A stretch of 64,000 nt of DNA from an uncultured Chloroflexia bacterium (GTDB lineage: Bacteria > Chloroflexota > Limnocylindria > Limnocylindrales > CSP1-4), in contig CAWAMB010000004.1 in NCBI GenBank assembly GCA_963783055.1, positions 1,251,368 to 1,315,367 on the forward strand, written 5' to 3'. The notes beneath the pieces are model-generated. The model did no database searches and was not told the DNA's origin. It saw only the letters and a program-made list of their open reading frames with translations. Of this stretch, positions 9,988-18,377 are shown piece by piece (positions within the stretch are counted from its first letter, which is position 1; each line of letters starts with the position of its first letter). The translations under genes and the position numbers were made by a program.

Positions 9988-12900
9988 TCAGGCGCGCCCG
10001 GCGAGCAGGCGCTCGACGACGGCCGCGACGGCCGCAATGTCGAACGGCTTGGCGAGGAGCTGGACGCCGTGCTCGCCGGCGAACCTGCGGAGCTCCGGGT
10101 TCAGGACGTCGCCGCTCATGAACGCGAAGCGCCTTCCGAGCTCCGGGTTGCCCAGGACCACGGCGTCGTAGAACTCGGTGCCGGTCATCCCGGCCATCCG
10201 GTGGTCGCACAGGATCGCGGCGGGCGGTTCGGCCGTGACGATGTCGAGCGCGGCCTGGCCCGTCATCGCAAGGACGGGCTCGTAGCCGGATCTGGACAGG
10301 ACGCGGGCGAGGAACTCGCGGATCGAGGGCTCGTCGTCGAGGACGAGGATGCGGTCACGGCCGGCGTCCGTCGGTGGCCTGGCGCCCGTCGTGGCCGCGC
10401 CGGCCGTCGCCGCGCCGGATGTCGGCGGCGACGGCGTAACGGGTGGCGGCGGGGACGATCGGGGCCCATCGACGGCGCCGGCGCCGTCAATGATCGTTCG
10501 ACCCGTCGGCAGCTCCATCACGAACACCGCACCGCCGCCGGGGTTGGGCTCGTGCCGGAGAGTGCCGCCGTGGCCGGCAACGATCCCGAACGACACAGAC
10601 AGCCCGAGCCCGGTCCCCTCGCCGGGTTGCTTGGACGTCACGAACGGGACGAAGAGCCGGTCGCGCATTGTCGGGGCAACGCCGGGGCCGTCATCGGAGA
10701 TCGCGATCCGGACCGTCGGCCCGTCCTCTGACATCCCCGTCCGGGCCTGGATCCGGATCGTGCCCGGCCGGCCCAGCTCCGAGATCGCCTGCGCCGCGTT
10801 GACGGTCAGGTTGACCAGCACCTGCTGGATCTGCGATCGGTCGATCGACAGGCGTGGGATGTCGTCCGGGATATCGACCTCGACCGTGAGGCTGTTGCGG
10901 GACAGGATGTAGGACTGGAGCGACATCACGCTCTCGACGAGCGGCCCGAGATCGGTCTCGATCCGCTCGGGCGGGCTCTGGCGAGCGAAGTCGAGCAGGT
11001 TCTGGACGATGTTCCTCGTCCGGTTCGCCTCCTGCACCAGGAGCTCGGCCTGATGGCGCAGGTCCGGTGGCAGGGCTGGATCGGTTCGGATGAGGTGGCT
11101 GAAGCCGACGATCGCCGCCAGCGGATTGTTCAGCTCATGGGCGACGCCGGCCACGAGCAAGCCGATCGCCTCCATCTTCTGGGCCTGGACGAGCTCGCCC
11201 TGCATCCGGCTCCGCTCCGTCAGGTCGCGGACGATGACCAGGGTCCGCGGCACGCCAGCGATCTCGATCGGGCGCAGGTCGACCTCTTCGGGGAAGGTCG
11301 AGCCGTCGAGCCGCCGGCCGATGCCTGTGTATTGGGTGAACCCAAGGGGATTGACGACGCCGAGGTTCGGGGCGGTTGGGTCCTCCACGACGAGGCGATC
11401 CACGGGCTGGCCGATCAGGGGCTCACCGTACAACCGGACGGCGGCGGGGTTGGCGTCGACGACGACCTCGTCGACCGACTGGACGATCAGCGCGTCCGGC
11501 GAGCTTTCGAACAGCTCGCGATAGCGGCGCTCGCCGGCGAGGATCTCCTCGCGCAGGCGCTGGTTCGCGAAGGAGATGTCGAGCACCCGGCCGATCGCAT
11601 CGAGCGTGCGCTCATCGAGCTCGAGCTCTGCGACGGGCTCGCGGAATACCGCGATCAGGATGGCGACCAGATTGCTGGCGTCTCGAATCGCGAATGCGGC
11701 GATCGTGCGATAGCCCTTCGCGTCCATGGCCGCGGCGGCCGCCGGGCTGAGGTGCCCCGGATCGAGGGAGGCAAGCAGCGACTGGGCGCCGTTGACCAAC
11801 GGGGCGGCCATCGGGGCGGACGAGAGCGGCCGTTCCAGCAGGGGCCGGGCCCAATCCGGGTCGATCCGGTGAACAGGGCCGAGCACGAGTTGGTCATCGA
11901 TGACCTGGCTGAGGCACGTGCCATCCGCGCCGATGACGTCGCGAAGGTCGACGAGGAGGCGCTCGACCGCGGTCCGGCCGGTCCCCAACGCGTCGGGCAG
12001 CCGGGTGAGCTCGACGAGCGCGCGCATCCGGCGGGTCAGGAGGCGCTCCTCGCTGAGGCCGCTCTCGACGGCCTGGAGGAGGCGGGCGTTCTCGAGGGAG
12101 GAGGCGATCGCGGCGGCGGCCTGGAGCAGGACCGACTGCGACGGCTCGCTCGGGCTTTCGTGGCGCCAGCCCAGGGCGACGATTCCCACCAGCCGGTCCT
12201 GGAGCCGAAGCCCGACGATGATCAGGTGCCGGATCCCGTCCGCCAGGACGGCCTCGCGAACATCCTCGCGGAGGGGGGCGGTTGCAACGTCGGCCGAAAT
12301 GACCGCCTCGGGCTCGCGGAGGGCGTGGGCGAGCGGACCGCCGAGCTGCCCGTAGGCGAGGATGACTGCCACCGTCTCCGGGCTCACGTTGCGGATGCCG
12401 ATCGCCTCGTAGGTCTCGTCGGAGGACGTGACGAGGCCCGCGTCGGCGCCCGTCGCACGACACAGGAGCTCCAGCGCCGTCTCGGCGACGTGCGTCTTCG
12501 TCCGGGACTGTCCGGTGGCGAGGACGATCGTGCCCAGGGCGGCCATCTCGCTGTCGAGACGCGCCGCGGCGGTCACGTCGCGGTTCACCGCCAGAACGGC
12601 GGAGGGCGCCCCGTCCCGATCGTGAAGGACCGTCACGATCGAGCTGACGGTGACATCGCGGCCGACGCGCGATCCTGTCAGCGGGTGTTGGACGACTCGC
12701 TGGCGCCAGACACCGTCGCGGTTCAGTGCGGAGGCTGCCGCCGCTCGGTCGATCGGCTGTCCGTTGACCTCGAGTGCCCGGAGGAGCGCCTCGATGGGGC
12801 GCCCCACGGCATCCGCGGCGGCGATGCCATAGAGACGCTCGGCCGCGGGGTTCCATACACGGACCAGGAATGCCCGATCGGTGATGATCATCGCGTCGAC

Positions 12901-13035
12901 CGACTGGCTGATGATCTCGTCGCCGATCGAGCCGGCGAAGGTCGCGTCGGGCGACGGGCCCGTGTCGATCGGCTCGCCGCCGGCGCCGGGAGCGCGCACA
13001 GCGTCCTGGCGGCCGGGGGTCGGATCGATGGTCAC
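9988..13035 (-). CDS. hybrid sensor histidine kinase (PAS-GAF-GAF-PAS-HisKA-HATPase-REC)
   Basis: 1015-aa ORF. H-box HELNNPLAAIVGF; N/G boxes NLTVNAAQA, DDGPGV, GTGLGLS. A Pro/Thr linker is followed by a receiver domain (ILVLDDEP...CDHRMAGMTG...AKPFD). Confidence 0.9.
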   Translation of the reverse strand: MTIDPTPGRQDAVRAPGAGGEPIDTGPSPDATFAGSIGDEIISQSVDAMIITDRAFLVRVWNPAAERLYGIAAADAVGRPIEALLRALEVNGQPIDRAAAASALNRDGVWRQRVVQHPLTGSRVGRDVTVSSIVTVLHDRDGAPSAVLAVNRDVTAAARLDSEMAALGTIVLATGQSRTKTHVAETALELLCRATGADAGLVTSSDETYEAIGIRNVSPETVAVILAYGQLGGPLAHALREPEAVISADVATAPLREDVREAVLADGIRHLIIVGLRLQDRLVGIVALGWRHESPSEPSQSVLLQAAAAIASSLENARLLQAVESGLSEERLLTRRMRALVELTRLPDALGTGRTAVERLLVDLRDVIGADGTCLSQVIDDQLVLGPVHRIDPDWARPLLERPLSSAPMAAPLVNGAQSLLASLDPGHLSPAAAAAMDAKGYRTIAAFAIRDASNLVAILIAVFREPVAELELDERTLDAIGRVLDISFANQRLREEILAGERRYRELFESSPDALIVQSVDEVVVDANPAAVRLYGEPLIGQPVDRLVVEDPTAPNLGVVNPLGFTQYTGIGRRLDGSTFPEEVDLRPIEIAGVPRTLVIVRDLTERSRMQGELVQAQKMEAIGLLVAGVAHELNNPLAAIVGFSHLIRTDPALPPDLRHQAELLVQEANRTRNIVQNLLDFARQSPPERIETDLGPLVESVMSLQSYILSRNSLTVEVDIPDDIPRLSIDRSQIQQVLVNLTVNAAQAISELGRPGTIRIQARTGMSEDGPTVRIAISDDGPGVAPTMRDRLFVPFVTSKQPGEGTGLGLSVSFGIVAGHGGTLRHEPNPGGGAVFVMELPTGRTIIDGAGAVDGPRSSPPPPVTPSPPTSGAATAGAATTGARPPTDAGRDRILVLDDEPSIREFLARVLSRSGYEPVLAMTGQAALDIVTAEPPAAILCDHRMAGMTGTEFYDAVVLGNPELGRRFAFMSGDVLNPELRRFAGEHGVQLLAKPFDIAAVAAVVERLLAGRA

Positions 13036-13151
13036 GTGGCTATCCTAGTCGCGCAAGCGATCCCGTCTCCCCCTCCGTCGGGGGAGCGGCGACTCATCCT
13101 GATGCATGAGGAGGACCCGTTCTGTCCTGGCCGCTGACCGACGAGGAGCGA

Positions 13152-14273
13152 TTGCTCCGCGATACCGCCCGCGAGTTCGCGCGGCGGTCCGTCGCGCCGA
13201 CGGCGATCGAGCGCGACGAGGCCGAGCGCTTCGATCGGTCGATCTTTGCCGGGATGGGCGAGCTCGGGCTGACCGGTGCGCCGCTGCCGGAGTCGGTCGG
13301 CGGATCCGGGTTCAGCTACCTCGGCTGGTCGCTCGTCATGGAGGAGCTCGGCGCGGCCGACATGGCGACGGCTGTGACGCTGTCGGTCCACATCCTGTCG
13401 CAGTACCCGGTCGTGACGTGGGGCACGGACGAGCAGAAGGCCCGCTGGCTCGGGCCGATGGTGACGGGCGAGGCCCTCGGCGCCTTCGGCTTGACGGAGC
13501 CGCACGCCGGCTCGGACGCCGGAGCGATCCGGACCCGGGCGGTGCGTGTCGGGTCCCCAGATGGCCCGGAGGGGTATCGCCTGACCGGGACGAAGATCTG
13601 GATCACGAATGCGCCCGAGGCGGACCGCTACCTCGTGTTCGCGGTCGTCGACCCGGCCGCGGGGTCCAAGGGGATCGCGGCATTCCTCATCGAGAAGGGG
13701 ACGCCCGGCTTCACGTTCGGAGCCCACGAGAAGAAGATGGGGATCCGGGCCTGTCCCGCCGCAGAGCTCGTCTTCGAGGACTGCTTCGTGCCGGTCGCCG
13801 ATCGGCTCGGCGCCGAGGGCGACGGCTACAAGATCGCGCTGTCGGCGCTGGCCGAAGGTCGGATCTCGATCGCGGCGGCCTGCGTTGGGCTGGCCCGATC
13901 CGCGCTGGAGCAGGCGGCCGCGTACCTCGGCCAGCGCAAGGCGTTCGGCGGCGTGCTCAGCGAGCAGCAGGGACTGCGGTTCGTGGTCGCCGAGATGGCA
14001 CGGGACGTCGAGGCGGCACGAGCGCTGACTCGCCAGGCGGCGGCGATGAAGGACCGCGGCGAGGCGATCGGCGTGGCATCGTCGCTGGCGAAATGGACCG
14101 CCTCGGACACCGCGATGAAGGTCGCCACAGACGCCGTTCAGCTGTTCGGCGCGAGCGGCTACTCACGCGAGACCGGGATCGAGCGGCTGATGCGCGACGC
14201 GAAGGGTGCCCAGATCTACGAGGGTACGAACCAGATCCACCGCCTGATCGTCGCGGACGACGTGCTGGGCTAG
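13152..14273 (+). CDS. acyl-CoA dehydrogenase (start uncertain; conserved sequence extends upstream to about 13122)
   Basis: Motifs seen: GLTEPHAGSDAG, KIWITNA, IYEGTNQIHRL. The upstream in-frame residues SWPLTDEER look like part of the protein, but only CTG codons are available there. Confidence 0.9.
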   Translation: MLRDTAREFARRSVAPTAIERDEAERFDRSIFAGMGELGLTGAPLPESVGGSGFSYLGWSLVMEELGAADMATAVTLSVHILSQYPVVTWGTDEQKARWLGPMVTGEALGAFGLTEPHAGSDAGAIRTRAVRVGSPDGPEGYRLTGTKIWITNAPEADRYLVFAVVDPAAGSKGIAAFLIEKGTPGFTFGAHEKKMGIRACPAAELVFEDCFVPVADRLGAEGDGYKIALSALAEGRISIAAACVGLARSALEQAAAYLGQRKAFGGVLSEQQGLRFVVAEMARDVEAARALTRQAAAMKDRGEAIGVASSLAKWTASDTAMKVATDAVQLFGASGYSRETGIERLMRDAKGAQIYEGTNQIHRLIVADDVLG

Positions 14274-14334
14274 CGACGCGGGGCGCCGCGGCCGCCGGAC
14301 CGATCGATCCTGTCGCAAGTCCAGCCCACGCACC

Positions 14335-15156
14335 TTAGTCGCGAAAGGCGACGCCGATTCGCGGTTCGCGCCGTCGCGCGCCCACGTTTGGGCCTCCATC
14401 CACGCTCGCCGCGCGCCGGCGGACCCGGCGTGGCGTCGTCGGATCCCGCCCAAGGGTTCCCAGCCGGACTTGTGGCAGGAAACTCAGGGCAGCCACGGTG
14501 CCGGAGGGTCGTGCGAGCCAGCCCCGCATGGTGCGCCCGTCCTCGGGGAACTTAGCCCGGAGAACGGTCTCATGATCGGCGAGGATCCGCGCGTTCGTTC
14601 GGCCGGGTGCCATGACGACCCACAGCCCGATGGCTGTTGGGGCCCATCCGCGATCACGCGCGATCCGACGGGCCATGCGCGCGCGGATGTCCATCGTCGC
14701 CATGAGGTTGTTGATGTCGACGATTCGCGTCTTGAGCTCAACGATCAGCATCGTCTGCGTGGCCGCGTGCCACGCGACGATGTCGATGACGCCGCGTTCG
14801 CCGGCGTACGCGAACGAGACCTCGGGCACCGCGACCCACCCTCCGATGTCCGCAAGCCACGCCGTCGTCGCCTCGTGGAGTCGGGCGTGGCCACGATTCA
14901 GCATCCGATCGAGGTCGGCGCCCTGCCAGAGGATCGACCCGTCGAACCGCGCACCGAGCGCCTTGGCATACGCCCGGATGTCGCCGAATCGCACGCGCTC
15001 CAGCCGCCCGGACTCGATGAGGATCGCCACCCGCCGAGGAATGCCGGCCTCGGCGCAGACGTCGATCTGCCGCACGCGTCGCCGGATCCGAAGGGCCCGG
15101 AGCGAAGCCCCGACCCGCTGATCGTCCATGCGCTCAAGGTGACGCCCGCGGCTCAT
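14335..15156 (-). CDS. XRE-type HTH domain fused to a YraN/PD-(D/E)xK nuclease-like core (uncharacterised)
   Basis: 273-aa ORF. HTH: LRALRIRRRVRQIDVCAEAGIPRRVAILIESG. Nuclease-like core: GERGVIDIVAWH...MLIVELKTRI (D...E-x-K). It is a paralog of 55725..56579. Confidence 0.7.
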   Translation of the reverse strand: MSRGRHLERMDDQRVGASLRALRIRRRVRQIDVCAEAGIPRRVAILIESGRLERVRFGDIRAYAKALGARFDGSILWQGADLDRMLNRGHARLHEATTAWLADIGGWVAVPEVSFAYAGERGVIDIVAWHAATQTMLIVELKTRIVDINNLMATMDIRARMARRIARDRGWAPTAIGLWVVMAPGRTNARILADHETVLRAKFPEDGRTMRGWLARPSGTVAALSFLPQVRLGTLGRDPTTPRRVRRRAASVDGGPNVGARRREPRIGVAFRD

Positions 15157-15197
15157 CCTTCGGTTATCGAGGAGCCGGCCCGGTGTAGATTCGGTCG

Positions 15198-16733
15198 ATG
15201 ACCGAAACCGCCAACCTGGCGCTGTCGCCGGCAGGCCCCGCTGCCCCGACGCCGACCTTCCGCCACTTCATCGCCGGCGAGTGGTGCGACTCCACCTCCG
15301 GAGCCACGTTCGAGAGCGTCAACCCGGCCGACACCCGCGACGTCATCGGGCGATTCCAGCAGGGGACCCCGGCGGACGTCGCGATGGCGGTCCGCGCGGC
15401 GGACGTCGCCGGCGGGCTCTGGCGCCGGACGCCGGCACCCAAGCGCGGCGAGATCATGTACGCGTTCGCCGCGCTCATGGCCGAGCACAAGGAACGCCTC
15501 TCGCGGGCCATGACCCGCGAGATGGGCAAGGTCATCGCCGAGGCCCGCGGCGACGTCCAGGAGGGCATCGACATCGCCTTCCTGATGGCCGGCGAGGGCC
15601 GCCGGATGTTCGGCGACACGACCCCGTCGGAGCTGCCCGACAAGTGGGCGATGAGCATCCGCCAGCCGATCGGCGTGGCCGGGATCATCACGCCCTGGAA
15701 CTTCCCGATGGCGATCCCGTGCTGGAAGATGATGCCGGCCCTCGTCGCGGGCAACACCGTCGTCTTCAAGCCGTCGAGCGACACGCCCCACTGCGCGACC
15801 CTGCTCGTCGAGCTGCTGGCCGAGGCGGGCTTCCCGCCGGGGACGGTCAATCTCGTGACGGGCGCAGGCAGCGAGGTCGGGGACGCGATCGTCGACAACC
15901 CGGACGTCTCGGTCATCTCGTTCACCGGCTCGTCGGCGACCGGCAAGCACATCGCCAGTCGGGCCGGCCGCCAGCTGAAGCGGCTGAGCCTCGAGCTCGG
16001 TGGCAAGAACGCGATCGTCGTCATGGCCGACGCGGACCTCGACCTCGCCACGGACGGGATCGTCTGGTCGGCATTCGGGACGACCGGCCAGCGCTGCACT
16101 GCGGCGAGCCGGGTCGTCGTCGAGCGCGCCGTCGCCGAAGCACTCCTCGAACGCGTCGAACGCCGCGCCCGTAGCCTCCGGCTCGGCTCGGGTCTGGACG
16201 AGTCGGTCGACGTCGGCCCACTGATCAACGCCGGCGCGGTCGACAAGGTCGGGCGCTACATCGGCATCGGCCGAGGCGAGGGCGAGCTGATCCTGGGCGG
16301 CGAGGCGGCGCGGGACGGAGAGCTCGCCAACGGTCACTTCTTCGCGCCGACGATCTTTCGCGACGTCGCGCCCATGGACCGGATCGCCCAGGAGGAGATC
16401 TTCGGGCCGGTCCTGTCGGTCATCGCCGTCGACGACTACGCGGCCGCGACCACGGCCGTCAACCAGACCCGCTACGGCCTCAGCTCGTCGATCTTCACCC
16501 GCGACGCGAACACCGCATTCCGGGCGATGCGCGACTTCGAGACCGGGATCGTCTACGTCAACGCGGGCACGACCGGCGCCGAGACCCACCTGCCGTTCGG
16601 CGGCTGGAAGGAGACCGGCAACGGCCACCGCGAGGCGGGCCACGCCGCGCTCGACACGTACACCGAGTGGAAGTCGATCTACGTCGACTTCAGCGGCCGC
16701 CTCCAGCGCGCCCAGATCGACAACCAGGAATAG
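15198..16733 (+). CDS. NAD(P)-dependent aldehyde dehydrogenase
   Basis: 511-aa ORF. Motifs seen: WNFP, FTGSSATG, LELGGKNA, GQRCTAAS, EEIFGPV. Confidence 0.9.
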   Translation: MTETANLALSPAGPAAPTPTFRHFIAGEWCDSTSGATFESVNPADTRDVIGRFQQGTPADVAMAVRAADVAGGLWRRTPAPKRGEIMYAFAALMAEHKERLSRAMTREMGKVIAEARGDVQEGIDIAFLMAGEGRRMFGDTTPSELPDKWAMSIRQPIGVAGIITPWNFPMAIPCWKMMPALVAGNTVVFKPSSDTPHCATLLVELLAEAGFPPGTVNLVTGAGSEVGDAIVDNPDVSVISFTGSSATGKHIASRAGRQLKRLSLELGGKNAIVVMADADLDLATDGIVWSAFGTTGQRCTAASRVVVERAVAEALLERVERRARSLRLGSGLDESVDVGPLINAGAVDKVGRYIGIGRGEGELILGGEAARDGELANGHFFAPTIFRDVAPMDRIAQEEIFGPVLSVIAVDDYAAATTAVNQTRYGLSSSIFTRDANTAFRAMRDFETGIVYVNAGTTGAETHLPFGGWKETGNGHREAGHAALDTYTEWKSIYVDFSGRLQRAQIDNQE

Positions 16734-16737
16734 CCGG

Positions 16738-17244
16738 GTGAGCGCAGGCATCGAGGGGGCCGTCTCCATCCGGCCGGTGACGATCGACGATCTCGAGGTC
16801 CTGATCGACATCTACCTCGACACGGCGATCCACCACGCCACGATCGATCCGGAGGTCTTCCACGTCCCGGAACGGGACGCGATCGCCGAACGCCTCCGGC
16901 CCCGGATCGACGGTCGCGGCAGGACCGGGGAGTATGTGGCGGCGATGCTCGACGGGCGGATGGTCGGCTCCGCCTCGATCGGGATCTCGGACCTGCCGCA
17001 CCCGGGCTCCATGCTCCGTCCCGTGCGCGAAGCGGAGTTCGGCGTGTCCGTCGTGGACGGCTTTCGCGGGCTCGGGATCGGGCGGGCGCTGATCGCCCAT
17101 CTGGAGGCATGGGCGGCCGAGCACGGCGTCGAGCGGGTCGTCCTGAACGTCGCCGAGGCGAACATCGACGCGATCCGGCTGTACCAGGCGATCGGCTATC
17201 GGGACGGCGACCGGCTGATGCGCAAGGCGGTGGTCCGGTCGTGA
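16738..17244 (+). CDS. GNAT family N-acetyltransferase
   Basis: 168-aa ORF. Acetyl-CoA motif VVDGFRGLGIGRALI, then VVLNVAEANIDAIRLYQAIGY. Confidence 0.8.
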   Translation: MSAGIEGAVSIRPVTIDDLEVLIDIYLDTAIHHATIDPEVFHVPERDAIAERLRPRIDGRGRTGEYVAAMLDGRMVGSASIGISDLPHPGSMLRPVREAEFGVSVVDGFRGLGIGRALIAHLEAWAAEHGVERVVLNVAEANIDAIRLYQAIGYRDGDRLMRKAVVRS

Positions 17245-17582
17245 CCGCGTTCACGGAGGTCCGACGGATCGCGATGTCCCTGCCCGAGGCCGAGGAGAAG
17301 CTGACCTGGGACACCGACATCACGTTCCGCGTCCGCGACAAGATCTTCGCGATCGGCGGCGAGGGCGCCGACCACGTGTCGATCAAGGCGAGCCTCGAGA
17401 CCCAGGCTGAGCTGCTCGAGATGGATCCGGTGACCTTCGCGAAGTCGGCCTACGTCGGGCGCTACGGCTGGGTCACGGTCGACCTCGGGCGAGTCGATCG
17501 CGACCTGTTGGAGAGCCTGCTCCGAGAGGCGTGGCGGCGGACGGCGCCGAAGAAGCTCGCGGCCACGCTCGGCGACGCGTGA
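17241..17582 (+). CDS. MmcQ/YjbR family protein
   Basis: GTG 17241 overlaps the previous stop (GTGA). Sequence: RRIAMSLPEAEEKLTWDTDITFRVRDKIFA...YVGRYGWVTVDL. Confidence 0.6.
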   Translation: MTAFTEVRRIAMSLPEAEEKLTWDTDITFRVRDKIFAIGGEGADHVSIKASLETQAELLEMDPVTFAKSAYVGRYGWVTVDLGRVDRDLLESLLREAWRRTAPKKLAATLGDA

Positions 17583-18377
17583 CGGCCCCCGACGAGGCGC
17601 TCCCGGAGCACGTTCAACGCAACCGGACGGCGTGGGACGAGTGGGCGCCCGACTACGTCGCCAACGGCGAGGTGAGCTGGCGGCTCGGGCGAGGCGAGGA
17701 GAAGTGGGGCGTCTGGGATATCCCGGAACGGGAGCTCCGGCTCCTGCCCGGATGACCTGGCAGGCAAGGACACGATCGAGCTCGGCTGCGGGACGGGGTA
17801 CGTGTCGGCCTGGCTGGCGCGTCGCGGAGCCCGGCCGGTGGCGGTCGACAACTCCGAGGAGCAGCTCGCCACCGCGCGCCGGCTCCAGGCCGAGCACGGA
17901 TTGACGTTTCCGCTCATCCACGGCAACGCCGAGCGCGTGCCGCTGCCGGACGCCAGCTTCGACCTCGCGATCTCGGAGTACGGCGCGTCGATCTGGGCCG
18001 ATCCGAATCTCTGGATCCCCGAGGCGGCGCGGCTCCTCCGGCCGGGCGGGCGCCTCGTCTTCCTCGTCAACGCGACGACGCTGATGCTGTGCATGCCCGA
18101 CGAAGAGCGGCCGGCGACCCCCGAGATGCTCCGTCCGCTGCGCGGCCTCCACCGCCTCGAGTGGTCGAGCGACGCGTCCGTCAACTTCGCGCTGTCGCAC
18201 GGCGACTGGATCGCTCTCCTGCGATCGAACGGGTTCGCGATCGAGGCGCTCCGCGAGCTGTGGCCGGCCGAGGACGCCACGACCACGTTCCCGTACGCGA
18301 CGCTCGAGTGGGCGCGTCAATGGCCGTCCGAGGAGGTCTGGGTCGCCCGCAAGGAGGGCTTGGAGCCGGCGCCCTAA
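17579..18377 (+). CDS. class I SAM-dependent methyltransferase, +1 frame break near 17747-17751
   Basis: The N-terminus is in frame 2 (GTG 17579, GTGA overlap; HVQRNRTAWDEWAPDY). Motif I (DTIELGCGTGYVSAWLARRGARPVAVDNSEEQL) and the rest are in frame 3 (ORF 17802..18377). Deleting one base in CTGCCCGGATGAC restores LLPDDLAGKD. Confidence 0.8.

Noticed and set aside
15153-16811. 552-aa and 360-aa minus-strand ORFs opposite the aldehyde dehydrogenase
   Set aside because: They are antisense shadow ORFs. No motifs are present and composition is extremely R/D/G/A-rich, while the plus strand has complete ALDH motifs.
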